Shown here one piece after another: positions 36,360-49,700 of a DNA stretch of 64,000 nucleotides (position 1 is the stretch's first letter; each line of letters opens with the position of its first letter). The notes below the pieces were generated by a model. That model saw only the letters and a list, made by a program, of their open reading frames with translations, did not search any database and was not told the origin of the DNA. The position numbers and the translations under genes are program-made. Source of the stretch: Selaginella moellendorffii (lineage: Eukaryota > Plantae > Lycopodiophyta); the NCBI RefSeq assembly GCF_000143415.4, contig NW_003314317.1:602296-666295 (forward strand), in the 5' to 3' direction.

Positions 36360-36977
36360 GGCCGAGAATCCCCGAGAATGCGAGGCGCCGAGCAAACCTG
36401 GGGCGGATTCTCAGCCGATCCGGCCAAATCGACGCCCGATTCCTGCGAAGAAGACGCCGATCCGGCGAGGAATGCCGCCGCCGCCGCGCGATTCTTGGCT
36501 CCCGCCCGCCGATCTGGGCCTCATCGCGGCGCCATGGACTCCTCCTCTCGCCACAGCAGGTTAAAAACCAAAAGCTCTAAATTCAACTAAAACAAAACCA
36601 AAATGGTAGAGTATAAACGGCATGACACGTCACGCCCACGGACCCGCCACGTTGGCATTTACATTGGCGCCAACATCTACGTGGTGATCCGACCGACGTG
36701 GCGAGCTCTCGGCCGTCAATGCGACCGAATATCCGCACCCGCGTTGTTCGAATCTTCTAGCCCCTCCCTCCAGAAAGCGCCAGAGTCGTGGACGGCATTC
36801 TAAATTCCTCCGTGTAATTTGACATTGTCTCGTCACGAAGAGAGAAAATATCGACGAAACAACACGATGATTCCTGGGATCTCTCTGCGTGATCCACGAT
36901 CATAGAACAAAATACATCCAATCTTTCGCAATAAACAAACAAAAACTTAGACATATTTAGTGTCTCGTGTACCTTCT

Positions 36978-39212
36978 CTACAAAGATGCCAGGGATTGCA
37001 TCACGTCGGCGTATATGTCCTCGTAGTCTTCGATGCCGCAGCTAAATCTCACCAAGTTATCTTTGATTCCCATCTTGGCTCTTTCGGCAGGACTCTGATC
37101 CCTGGAAGATTAAAAAAGAGAATCCAAAAGTAGAGTTGATGACGGCTGTAAAGTAGAAACTTTTTTACTGGTTTACTTACCAGTATGAGATGATCGTCGG
37201 CTGTTCTACGAGGCTTTCGCAGCCTCCCAGAGACGGAGCGATGTATGGTATACGAAGCCCGTCTATGAACTTTGAGGTGAGAGCCAAGTCTCCATCGATC
37301 TAGAAATGTGACAAACCGGGTCATAGTCGTAACAAGAAAAAGAGAAGGAATGAAAAGAAGGAAGCTTACTTCAAAGCTCACCACGCCACCGAAACCACGC
37401 ATCTGCTTGCTTGCAATGTGGAATTCCGGATGGCTTTCCAGACCAGGATAGTGAACACGAGCAATCTAGGAAACAAAGCTTGTTAATATTTCCTCGAAGA
37501 GAAAAATATACATTACATTACCTTGGGATGGGATTCAAGAGCTCGTGCCAGTCGCAACGCATTCGAATTCTGCTGCCTCACGCGCAGATCCAACGTTTTG
37601 AGACCCCTTCCAATGAGATACGCAGCATGCTACAAACAGGAAAGAAGACCGATCAACAGGAAGCAAGCGTCAGAAAATAATGAGGAAACAAACACAAGTA
37701 TGCAATATCATCGTACCGCATCCACGACGCCTCCTAAAACATTGTGCAGCTTTCGCACAGTGTCAACGAGTGGCTTGGAGCCGCTGATACTGCCTGCCAG
37801 GACCTGAAATAAAAAGTTTCTATCAGCTTTCAATGCTCGAAAACAAAAAATAAAAACAATCGTACGTCATTGTGGCCGGCAATGTATTTAGTCGCCGAGT
37901 TGAGAACCAGGTCCGCCCCCAGAGCTAAAGCCTTCTGATTCACAGGTGTTGCGAAGGTTCCATCGATGCAAACAATGGCCCCCTTACGGCGACAAAGTGT
38001 TGAAACGAGTTCGATGTCTATACAGCGGAGATACGGGTTTGTAGGTGACTCCGAAAAAAATAATGATACCTGGATGGGCCAGCGACACAATAAGAGAGCC
38101 AAAGTCAGCAAGTGGAGATAGCGATATGTGATATTATAGCTTACAGGGTTGTCATCTAACGCTCCCTTGAGCGAAGCCATATCTGCCGGATCGATGACGG
38201 TAGTCTGAAAGATAACAAGTATGAATCGATACCGAGAGAAGGAAAACTTGCGAACGGGAGAAATCAGCATACCGTTATCCCCATTTTGGGGAGCACAGTC
38301 TGGACGAACTGCCTTGTTCTACGGTAGCAATCAGTCGTGGTTACAATGTGTCCACCAGCAGGAACCAAAGCCAAGAGCATTGTAGTTGCAGCACACATAC
38401 CGGAAGCCGAGACTAAAGTCTCTTCAGCACCCTCTAGAGCACTGTAGAAAAGATGAGATGATGAGATGGATTTCTATCTTTCAATCGCAAACCTGATCTT
38501 TCTTTCAGTAGCTTGGGTCGTGGGATTTCCATAGCGACCATACTCGAAGCTTTTGTATGTTCCATCCTACATTCATAGCAGCAGCGTGAGAAAATTGGTC
38601 AAGTAGAGACTTGTTCTTCCTTGCCTGAAATGCTATCAGATCGGCCGTGTTCCGGAAAGTATACGTAGCAGTCTGGACAATTGGAGTCGTGAGTGAATCG
38701 GCAACCTTGGTCCCATTCTCTCGCTCACCTATAGAAAACAAACGAAATTTTAGAGAAAGATCTAGTCAGTAGAACAAAGGAAAAGAGGAAATCACGCATG
38801 CTTTACCTCCATGCACAGCCAGAGTGCTTGTAGACTTGGGCTTTGGCTTCTCAGCCGCCTTATCGATCTTCACAGCCGTGCCGTTCACAGAGATTCCCAC
38901 CGACAGAGCCGCCGCGACGCCGTCGACGATCGAGCTACTGCCACCGCTGCTTTGGCCGCTCATGGCAGAAGCCGCTACCACTTGCGCAACCCCAATATTG
39001 CTGCAGTTCCTCCGCGATTTGACGCTGAGCTGCCGCGCGAAGTTTGGAGGAAACCTGAGAATCATCGCTGCCGACGCAATGCTGCTCAACCTGTCGGCCC
39101 CGGATCGGGGCGGAGAAATCGGCGCTGGCGCTGGCGATGGCGATGCCGCGCCGGATGAATCCGTGCGGTAATCGCAGCCGCAATAGAAAGGGAACGAAGC
39201 CGCGGCCGCCAT
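36978..39212 (-). CDS. CGS1: Cystathionine gamma-synthase, plastid, multi-exon
   Basis: Transit peptide, MTO1 region [40 protein letters not shown] (PLP lysine), [19 protein letters not shown]. Confidence 0.96.
38982..39014 (-). promoter_or_regulatory. MTO1 nascent-peptide region (SAM-dependent translation arrest and mRNA decay) of CGS
   Basis: Encodes [11 protein letters not shown], the conserved MTO1 motif of plant CGS exon 1. Confidence 0.85.
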
Positions 39213-39572
39213 CGCTCCTCCCACTTCCCTGATTCTCACGCTCGAGATTTTACCTTATAATGCAGACCTAGTTACCGCGAAAAAGTGACCGCGCGGTAAG
39301 AAAATTTCACCACGACGCGGCGGTATGTCGAGTCCGTGCGGGACCCCCGCGGGAGATATTCCAAGATATTGGTGGGAATCAAACGCTACACAACATATTA
39401 GCTACTATCATCTTCTCATTATCTCGTAGTGTGTTCTTTCTTCGTCTTGATTCAGTGTATATGAAATGTAGAGTAAAAAAATCCTTCGTTGGATGGATCG
39501 CTTATCTCCTTTTCTAGGAATTCCCAAAATCCTGTGCCAAAACTTCCTTTTGTTTTTCCTCTTTCGTCCTTC

Positions 39573-41424
39573 TCAAGCACTGTTCTCGTCCACAGGAGTT
39601 TCATCCGATGGCGTTGTCTCTTCGGAGTCTTGAGGAGCTGCTGCTGGACTGTTACTCTGCTTTCCGGAAGAAACTTTCACCATGGCGGCCCTCAAAAGCT
39701 TCTCTCCTAGCAAAAATCCTCGTCTAAATTCCTGCGTTACAATACCTTCGTCATACTCGCTAGATTCCTCGCGCATTATCGCCTCGTGAAGCTGTACCAA
39801 GATAATGCTCCACTCATTAGCACGAGAAGCAAAAGCGATCTTTGAGTGAGACTAAACTTACCTCGGGATTGAATTCCTTTCCGACTGTGTCGATGACTTT
39901 GACGCCCAAGCTCTTCATGATATCCACAAACTGTTTGTAGATCCCCTGATAGCTGCTGTCAATCTTCCTCTCGCCATCAGTCTCGGCCTTGATCGCTCCC
40001 TTGGCCCTCTCGAAGTTGTCGATCATTGGCAGCAAGCTTTCCACCACGTCGCCTTTGACGGTCTCTCGCAGCGAATCCTTCTCGCGTCCCGATCGCTTCC
40101 TGAAGTTGTCAAAGTCTGCGTTGAGTCGCAAGAGCCGCTCCTTGGCCAGGGCCGATTCCTCCGTGAGATTTGCAACGAGCTGACTGAGAGAGTCCCTCTC
40201 CTTTTGGATCACTTCCAGCTCCGCCTGTATGGTGCTCATTGCTGCTTGATCGTTGCCTAGAACAGCTTCAGAGTAGTTCCGGAGGAGAACTTCGATGACC
40301 GAAGCCGAGACCTCGGTCGGCTCACTCCCGTTAACTTGAGAAGTTGTGTCTTCCAGGCCGTCATCATCAGCCTTCTCCTTTTCGTCCTCCACTTGCTGCA
40401 AAGATCAAAATCAATTCTTGTCAAACGTGAAAGTGAAGAAAAGCATCCTAAGGAGCTGAGATGAAACAAAGCTCTCATCCATAGCAAGTCTAGCAGCGCA
40501 AGAAAAAGCTGAAAAAAAGGAACTTAAACCCAAGCAAAAAACAAAACTAATCACGAAGACATAAAAATCTATATACGCGGCATGCTGAAAAACCACTGAC
40601 GGATCAATCCAAGCAGAGAAAAAAATCAACTCTATAGATTGAGAGACACACAAATGCAGGAGTTTCACGCTGAACTGTATGAAGAAAATGGAACCGAGAA
40701 ATGCCAAGCAAAAATCGAAACCAATCACTACTAAGACAGAAAAATCTATTCACACAAGAACAAGTAGAAAAACCACTGACGTTCAATCCAAGCAGAGAAA
40801 ATGGAACAGAGAAATGCCAAGCAAAAATCAAAACTAACTCATCCACACAAGAACACGCTGAAAAAAATACTGACGGATCAATCCAGCTCCATGGATTGAG
40901 AGACACACAATGCAAGAGTTTCACGTCGCATGGACTATATGAAGTCATCCTACTAAAACGGACCAAGCAAAAATCAAAACTATCACTACTAAGACAGAAA
41001 AATCTATCCACACAAGTTCGAACACGCTGAAAAGGATCAATCCAAGCAGAGAAAAAAAACCAGCTCTATAGAATGAGAGACACACAATGCAGGAGTTCCA
41101 CGTAGCATGAATGGAAAAGAGAGGGAGGAATGCTCGCTCGCTATGGGAACCCTAGGGTTTTTGTAGAGCGAAGGCTCATACCTCAGCTTGGCTGGCCTGC
41201 TGCTCGGCGAGCGCAAACGTCCGGTAGCGCAATCTCCTGGATCCACAGACTGCGGCATTGCGCGTCCCGGGCCTGGAAACTAGGGAATTGAAGCACAGCC
41301 CTCGCCCGCGATGCTGCGTCCCGATCGAAATCGACGAAGAGCACAGGCTCCTCCGTAATGGCAATGGATTCACCAGTGTCGCCGACGCCGCCGACGCCGA
41401 TGCCGCAGCCATAGCCGCCGCCAT
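39573..41424 (-). CDS. CGE: Plastid GrpE nucleotide-exchange factor, 3 exons
   Basis: Exons 41424-41182, 40395-39862, 39791-39573; RLNADFDNFRKR, LLPMIDNFERA, FNPELHEAI, GFLLGEKLLRAAMVKVS; Ala/Ser-rich transit peptide. Confidence 0.93.
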
Positions 41425-41940
41425 GCACCGAAATTCCCCCTCCCCTCTCGTTCCCCTCCTCGGGCTTGGAATTTCCCTACTACACAGGAGAATTTTGACG
41501 GTCGCGATTGCTTATCCCGTGACGATTCTGGCGAGCATTCAATCCTGGCCGCTTGTTGCGGAATGTAGGCGCTGATGCCTTTACGGGCGGAAGAGTCTAG
41601 ACGTTGCAGGCATAGAAGAGGTCGGCGGTTCGAAGCCGGGTAATATACCGGGAAAAGATGCCACGCGCATCTTGACCGTTGATTTTTTCGGGGTCAGATA
41701 CGTGGACACGTGGCGCTTTGCGACAGACTTCTCGGGTCCGATCACTCGCAAATGTGCCCGCGCCAGCGACACTAGCGACTATTATTTTTACTCTTCCTCA
41801 CAATTTAGGGTTTTTAATTTCACTCCATCGCTGGAGCTGGGATTCGCGAGCGCACGCGCCGATCTTCGGGTAAATCTCTAGATCTAGGGCCGGATCTCAA
41901 GCTGGAGGGAGCTAGCTATGGTAATATCGAGCAACAGAGA

Positions 41941-44431
41941 ATGGAGGGGGCCGCCGCGACGATTGTGGCCCAGGATGGATCAGAGATTATCGACAGCGGT
42001 GACAGCAGCGACGAGGAAAGGCTTATAGAAATGGAAGCGCTCAAGAGCGACGCGGAAATCCCGAAATCCAGTCTTTGGAGCTTGGGGGATAGCTCTCTCG
42101 TAAGCCTCGCCTTGTGGTCGATGGTAGCTGGAGGGATCCAGTTTGGATGGGCTCTCCAATTATCTCTCCTCACGCCTTACGTTCAGGTAGATTTTTTTTT
42201 CTTCTTTTGGTGTTCTTCTTCTTTCCTTTTCGTGTGTTCTAAGAAACGTTGTTTCTCCTAGACACTGGGAATTGGACACTCCTCTTCATCCTTCATATGG
42301 CTGTGTGGCCCTGTCACCGGGTTGATCGTAAGTCAATTACATACGTTTTCTTACGTACGTTTTCCACGTTTTTTTTCTTTATTTTTCTCTCAGGTCCAGC
42401 CATGCGTTGGTATCTGGAGCGATAGGTGTAGATCGAAATGGGGACGCAGAAGGCCTTTCATTTTTGTGGGAGCCCTGCTGGTTTGCGTTGCCGTAAGTTT
42501 TAGTTGTTTCTTTTTACTTTCTGGTGACGACATCTGATAAGTTGCTCCATTTCAGGTAGTTTTTATAGGATTTGCGGCGGACTTTGGTTATTTGTTGGGG
42601 GATCCGCATGTTGATTGTAAGTAAGTATGCCACGTAAAACGAGTACACTATCATCGTTACACAGAGAATTTCAGGTCACCGAAGATAGTAACGCGGCCAT
42701 GGGCCGTGGGAATTTTTGTACTCGGATTTTGGATGCTGGATGTAGCTAATAACACTGTACAGGTAAAAGTTTTTAGAGTTCATCTTGGCATTGACACAGT
42801 CTAAATTCCAGGCGCCTGCTCGAGCTCTATTAGCGGACTTAGCAGGTACTCGAAACATATAATTAAAGTTTTGTGCATTGTTCAACTTTCTCTTCTGGTT
42901 GTTCAGGTCCGACTCAGAGGAATTCTGCTAATGCCATCTTCTGCTCATGGATTGCTTTGGGTAACATTTTGGGCTTTGCTACTGGAGCGGGTGGACACTG
43001 GCATAGGTACATTAGGCTTTCGATCTGTTCAAACTGCTAAATGAAATATCTGTTCAGGTGGTTTCCCTTCTTGAAGAGTAAGGCATGCTATGAAGCGTGC
43101 GGAAATCTCAAGGCTGCTTATCTTTTAGCTGTGGTAAGTGATTTGAATTCCCGCATCTGCTAGATTTCTGGTGGAAACTTTTGTCGCAGATATTCTTGGC
43201 GTTTTGTACAGCGATGACATTGTGGTTCTCACATGAAGTTCCGCTTTTGCCGAAAGATGAAAGGAAAGAAGACTATGCACCTATATCTCGTGAAGATCGT
43301 AGCGGGAAAGAGCTTGAACTGACCGTTATTAATGGTTCTCGAGCTGATGACGGATTATCGAATGGCCATCACAACATAAATGGCAATCACGATAAAAATG
43401 CTGCGAAGGAAGAAAAAGTCGACGTAGTTGCGGGACCTGGAGCGGTTCTGGTGAATCTCTTGGTGGGCATGAGACAACTCCCAGAGGCAATGAAGAGCGT
43501 TTTGGTCGTCATGACGTTATCTTGGGTAAGAATCTCTTTTCTTCTAGTTGATTTCTAACTTTGTGGTTTCTCAGCTATCCTGGTTTCCTTTCTTCCTCTT
43601 TGATACGGATTGGATGGGCCGAGAAGTTTACAACGGTGATCCTTCTGGTGGTATTGACAAGGCGAAGAGCTATCAGAAAGGAGTTCAAGCCGGTGCCTTT
43701 GGATTGTTATTAAATTCGGTACGCATTTCTTTTCGTTTGTTTGTTGATAGTTCAACCGTGCGCGCAGGTTGTGTTGGGCGTCTCTTCGTTTCTCATTGAT
43801 CCTTTGTGTCGCTGGCTCGGGTCGAAAACGCTATGGGCTACAAGCAACTTCATCGTTTTCATCTGTATGGCCTCTACAGCAATTATCAGCGCGTCGGCAT
43901 ACCACCATTTCCAAGACTTCCATTCGATAAAGAATGGAGCTCTTGTGCTTTTTGCGGTTCTGGGATTTCCTCTTGCGGTGAGCTAGCTTTGCTCTCTAAA
44001 ATACTCGACTCAGATCTTGTTCGCAGGTAACTTACAGCGTACCATTTTCCATCACTGCTGAGTTGACGGCCGATACAGGGGGTGGTCAAGGTTGGTATCT
44101 TGATCCTTATTTTTCTCGATGAATATTAAGCGTTTTTTCTTCGTTGCAGGCTTGGCGATGGGAATTTTGAATCTCTCCGTTGTTATCCCGCAGGTCGGCA
44201 TTTCATTTCTTCTGCGTTGATTCACATTGTCTTCTCAACTTTCCTTTTTCTTTCCAGCTGGTAGTTGCCTTGGGAGCCGGGCCCTGGGACGCGGTTTTTG
44301 GAGGTGGCAACGAGCCAGCGTTCGTTCTGGCAGCCTTGTTCGCGCTGGTCGCTGGGATAATCGCCATAGCCTGGCTGCCCCAGCTCTCCAGAGAAGGCTA
44401 CCATCGCACAGAGCTACACGGCCTTGGATAA
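41941..44431 (+). CDS. SUT2: Sucrose/H+ symporter, SUT2/SUC3-type (many short introns, extended central loop)
   Basis: [73 protein letters not shown]. Confidence 0.93.
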
Positions 44432-44621
44432 GCATTTGAGTTTTCTTTCTTCGTTTTTACTTCCATTCGCTTGGGAAGCTCACCAAAGCTTGCTTCTGTG
44501 TCTGTGTTTATCGCAGCAGGAGCAAAGTGTACATAGCAGAAGAGAATAAAATCAAAAGCCAAGGCGATATAGGGTTCTTCTCTCTGGCCTCGTCTTACCA
44601 ATAGTAGGGAAAGAAGAAGGT

Positions 44622-45111
44622 ATGCCCGTGCTAACAATTCATACCAATGTGGTGCTCTTGGATGGAAGTTTGATGTCCTCGGTTGTGAGCAAGCTTAGTC
44701 ACGAAGTCGCTAAAACTACAGGCAAGCCCGAGTCTGTAAGTGGAGCTAGCTCTTTGGATTTTTCTCTCGGAGTTTTTTTGACGTCTTGTTCTACAGTACG
44801 TGATGGTGCTTCTTCATGGTGGTGTCACTCTAGCGTTTCAAGGGAGCCACGAGAGCGCTGCTGCGTATGGAGAATTGGTCTCGATTGGTGGGCTCTCCCC
44901 GGGAGTTAACCAGGATTTGTGCAAAGCCATAGCTCGGGTTTTGGAGGAGGAGCTAAAGGTGCCACCGTCGAGGTGCTACATCAAGTTTTACCAAGAACAG
45001 GCATGTGTTTTAAGAATCTGGTGCTCGGTTTCTTTGTTTCTCTTTGACGAAATTTTATCTTTCTAGGCCCAGTCCGAGCAAGCTTCCTGTCTACACGCAC
45101 TCCACCAGTAA
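44622..45111 (+). CDS. MIF/D-dopachrome tautomerase-like (MDL) protein, 120 aa, 3 exons
   Basis: Exons 44622-44735, 44797-45000 (followed by a GC donor) and 45067-45111; N-terminal Pro (MPVL..TNV), GKPESYVM, AAYGELVSIGGL. Confidence 0.9.
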
Positions 45112-45389
45112 AAAAGAGAGAGATCCAATCTTTTGATCAGTCCATAGTCATTCTTTCACGGCTTACGCGTTTGATGATCACAGATCTTGCGAGACCAAAC
45201 GAACCGCAAAGATCTGTAAAGAGCTCCTGAGTTTTCTTGCGAGAGCTGACGATTTGATTCATGGAAGAAACAAAGAGCAAAAAGATGAACTTTTAACTAG
45301 ACGCGCGTGAGCCTACTTACGTACTAACTATACAAACCGCAAAAATTTCGAGAGAGCTCATCTTCCTTGAGAGTTGGGATTGGTCTTCT

Positions 45390-46634
45390 CTACTTGTCCC
45401 ACTCTGGATCGATGTCGGACGGAGGCTGGACGAGGCTGCGGGGAGCGGTGGTGCCGGAGACCGAGGCGCCACTGGCGCCAGCCTCGTCGATCCCGTTCAC
45501 CTCAGTGGCGTAGTGCCAGCCCATGAGATAAGGGAGAGCGTACTAGAAAAGAGTGTTCCAAGATACTGTTAGTGTTGAGTGGAAGAACAATGGAAGAACA
45601 AGCAAGAACTACTTACATTGGCCGCGGAGCGAATGATGGCAAATTCACCCTTTGAGATTGGAATGTTGAGTCGTGCCTCGGCTTTCTCCACCTTGTTTGC
45701 CACAGCTACAGGCGCGATGGAAATGAGTTCCAGAGAACTGGAAAGAAGGATCTTTCAGTTACTTACTTAAACCGAAGAAGAATCCATTCCTGTCCGTGGT
45801 GGGTTCGATCTTGAGCGACTTTCTCACCATTCCAGCGTCACTGCAGTTCCAAATGTTTATCAGCAAAACCGAGATCTCTAGCTTTCAGAAGGAGAAAAAC
45901 AAGAGGAAGTCTTACGATTTTCCCATGTTTGGGTCGTGAAAGAACTCGAGAGATTCCGACGGGGTCAGTGCAAGGATCTGTCCGAGCTCGCTCACAGAGA
46001 GAGCGAAAAGCTGCAAGAACCTCATCAGTGGCTGACACCTGCGAAAGCGGGAACGAGACTACCTGCTTTTTTCCCCAGTCGTACTGACGCTGAGAGATGG
46101 ATGGCGCAAACTCCAGCATCACAGTCCCCTCTCGAGAGAGAATCGCGTCTCCAGACTAGAGGAAACAAAATAAGAAATCAACTAAGAACAAAGCTTCTCG
46201 GATCTTCTTACATCTGATATCTTGAAAGTCGGCTTGATGAGTCGCATGTTGAGCGCACACTTTCCTTTGTAGAACACATGATCGGCAAAGACTCGCCTTG
46301 GTCGGGTTTCTGAAACAAAAGAACCTGCTAACAAGCTGACGGCGAGTGCCGATAGTTTTTCACCTGTAGCCTCATGGGCTGCCATCGTAGCCATGCTCCG
46401 ACGAATGGAGACACCACCAAGCTCCAGCTTTGGCATGGAGAACGAAAACACACTTGGGAGCCTGGATAAAAAAGCGAAGCACTCGTAATACAAGAAAAGA
46501 GATAAAAGGAACCACGAACTTGGTGTAGCCCAGCACACTTTCCATTGCACCGCCGCAGGTGCCGCCCAAAACCTTCGTCCTCGCCACAGCCCACATTCCT
46601 GCGTTAAAACCCTCAACCCAAAAATCCCTAGCAT
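45390..46634 (-). CDS. WHY: Whirly ssDNA-binding protein (WHY2-like, organellar)
   Basis: FYKGKCAL, LEFAP..RQYDWGKKQVFALSVSE, EFFHDPNMGKS, IPISKGEFA, LPYLMGW, C-terminal DPEWDK*. The 5' exon structure is approximate. Confidence 0.9.
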
Positions 46635-46792
46635 AAAGAAGTTAGCAAAACTAACCTGAGCTCAACTATGGAACTTTCAGTGAAGCGACTGGAGCCATAT
46701 GGCAATCACGTCAACGAGCCGTATCTCACACTGACACATATAAATCTCAGTGACTTCTGTTGTCTTTGACAAGGTTAATTGACTCGGGGAAG

Positions 46793-49700
46793 ATGGAAAT
46801 GGCGCAAGAACTGCTGGACGGACCGCTGCACGAGATCAAAGAAACCAGTAAGTATGATTTCCACTTCAACACCCATCAGTGCCAGTACCTGCAAAGCCGA
46901 TGCTCCGTGGTCGAAGAATACGTGCGGCTTTGGCAGAGCTGCTCCGAGCTTGAGCCACTTCCCCTGGCCATGGAGGAGCTCCGTTGTATGCTGAACAGAG
47001 CCTTGCAGCTTCTCAAGCAGTGCCAGCACGAGGAATGGCTGTACCATGCTGCAGTCCGGCTCACTGATTCCAGAGCCTTTGCGGAGATCTGCTGGTGTCT
47101 CAGTAGATTGACGGCCTTGGTCAATGCTCACATGATCCATTCTGCCATGGATATTAGGAGTCCCAATGTACAGTGCCTCATGGCTATGCCTTACAAGCGC
47201 AAGCACATAGAGAACCTGCGTTCGGCAATGGAGGACCTGAGTCCCTGCACATCAAGAGACAGAAAGGAGCTCTTCGTGAGAGCAAATTCCATCGGAGAAA
47301 CTGACGGCAGGTATGGTCTGGCACAGTACCTTGTTGAGAAGCTGCTGTCAAGCGGAGGAGGAGCACTTCCTACCATTCAGGCCCTCGAACTCAAGACTCT
47401 GATAGGTGCGGGGGCATTTGGTTCCGTGTACAGGGCTGAATGGCTGGGGGCACCAGTTGCTGTGAAAGAGTTTAAGAGCGGTGATGCTTCATTCGACAAG
47501 GAGGTGAACATCCTGAAAGAACTTATTTCAGAACCGCACCCGAGCGTGCTCCAAATGATAGGATACTATCAGAAGGATGAGAAGGCTTACCTTGTCATGG
47601 AGCTGATGGAAAGAGATTTGGCCAACGTTATAAGGAAGACTCGAGGTTCGCTGCAACTTTTAACTTCTATAGACATCATGCTCCAGATTGCGAGCGGCAT
47701 GAGCTACCTCCATCAAAAGAATGTGGTTCATCGAGACCTCAAGCCTTCGAATATCCTGGTTAAGACACAGAACCATGCCTGCACCACCTGTTCCAACGTG
47801 AGGTTAACAGACTTCGGAGTCTCAAAGTCGAACTTTATAAGCTTTGCACCGGACTTGTCTTACCAGAGGGGGACGATCCAATACATGGCTCCAGAGATGC
47901 TGAGGGGTCAGAAGTACTCCAGAGAAGTTGACGTGTACAGCTTTGGAATTACTTGCTTCCAGATCCTGACTGGAACGCTGCCATTTCAGGACGATGGCAA
48001 GCAGCTGGTGGCAGATAAACTGGTCGAGACGATCGAAGATGGAAATAGGCCCGACCTTCCAACAGGCTGTCCACTGGAGCTGGTTGCTCTCCTCAACAGG
48101 TGCTGGAACAGGAATCCGAAAGATAGACCAACCTTCGAACACATATCCAGGATGCTGTGGTCGCTAAAAGAAAGGTTGCTTGGTGGCCACAACCTCGAAT
48201 CCAGCTTCACAGGCAGTGAGATGTCCAGTTGCAACGCTGCGGAAGAGCTCACACTCGCTGCAGGAGATATGATCTGCCAGATTTCAGTTGCTGCTCCGTT
48301 CACAAATTTTCACCAGTGCTACTTCTTGCAGTCGAGGTGCAAGCAGATTTCCAGCTACCGCGAATTTCCGAATAAGCTGCGCCTTCGTTCATGGTTTGCC
48401 GTTCAGATAAAGCTGGTGACTACCTTGAGAACTGCGTTGTCGCTGATAGAATCTTACAGTGAAGAGAGGTGGCTGCATACGGCGGTGCTGAAAGAGCATA
48501 ACCCGTGGGCGTTCAGAAAAGCTCTTGAAGATATCAACAGATGTGAAACCACACTGAGAGCCATAAACCCCGGCAACCACAGCGATAACGTGATGACGTT
48601 CCCCGCTGTTCCTGAGCAATATGCGGAAGATGATAAAAAGAGAATGGCGGAAAGCATTAAAGGCTTACTCGATGCATCGGACCGGGTGACGGTTAAGTTT
48701 GCAGAATATTTGGTTCAAAAAGCAGCTTTTGATTCAGTGTTACCATGCATCGATCCAGAGGAAATCGTACTGCTCAATTTCATAGGAATGTCAAACCATG
48801 GGACGATATTTGCAGCAAGATGGCTAGACGTACCTGTGATGGTGAAAGCCCTTGGAACAGGAAATGAAGCTGAAAAGCTCCTGAAGGAGCTTGACAAGCG
48901 GCACGCAGAACTTATAAACAGGCCCCATCCAAATGTAGTGCAAGTTATCGGCTACACAAGGCACGGGGAAAACCTGTTCGTGGTGACCGAGCGGGTCTCT
49001 GGAGGCGACTTCCGAGTGACAAAGTTCCCTCTTGTATTGACCATCGAGATCCTGCTTCAAGTTGCTCAAGGCGTGGCCTACTTGCACGAACATAACCGCG
49101 AGCTCTCGGACTTGAATACGCTGCTGGTGGACTTTGAAAAAGGCCACTTCGACGAATTCACCGGTGGCATCACTGTCAAAGTTCAGGCACAGTCCAACCT
49201 CAGAAAACGAGATGGACCAAATAGCTTGAGTACCTTGGCTGGAAGGTGGAAGCATCCGTTCCACTTCCCTCACGTGCCAGACGCGGACTGCGGGAAGATC
49301 GACGCGTACAAGTTTGGTATAGCCTGCGTAGAAATGATCACCGGACAAACCATCGGGGAAGAAATACTGCTCTCTGGAAAACTACCGCAACTCCCTCACG
49401 ATTGCACGGGAATCAAGGCTGTGATAGAGAAATGCCTGAGCTCGCAGCCTCCGGGCTTCCATCAAATCGTGGAACTCCTGCAATCAGCTCAACTTAGACT
49501 GGAGATTCCGCCTACAAGCGACATAGACTACCGACGGATGCTTCTGGACTCCAGCGCTCAAACTGGACTCAAGCTCGACATAACGGGAGACGCAGTAATT
49601 GGTGGCAAGCTCATTGCTGTTGGAAACGTAGAAAATGTGGGTAACAGGCTCTACCAGTGGATCCGTCAGCACAAAGATGGAACTATAGAGCGGTTGCGGC

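Noticed and set aside
34112-46634. Thioredoxin, transporter, CGS, GrpE, SUT, MIF and Whirly as a functional gene cluster
   Set aside because: Unrelated housekeeping functions; the tight spacing reflects a compact genome.
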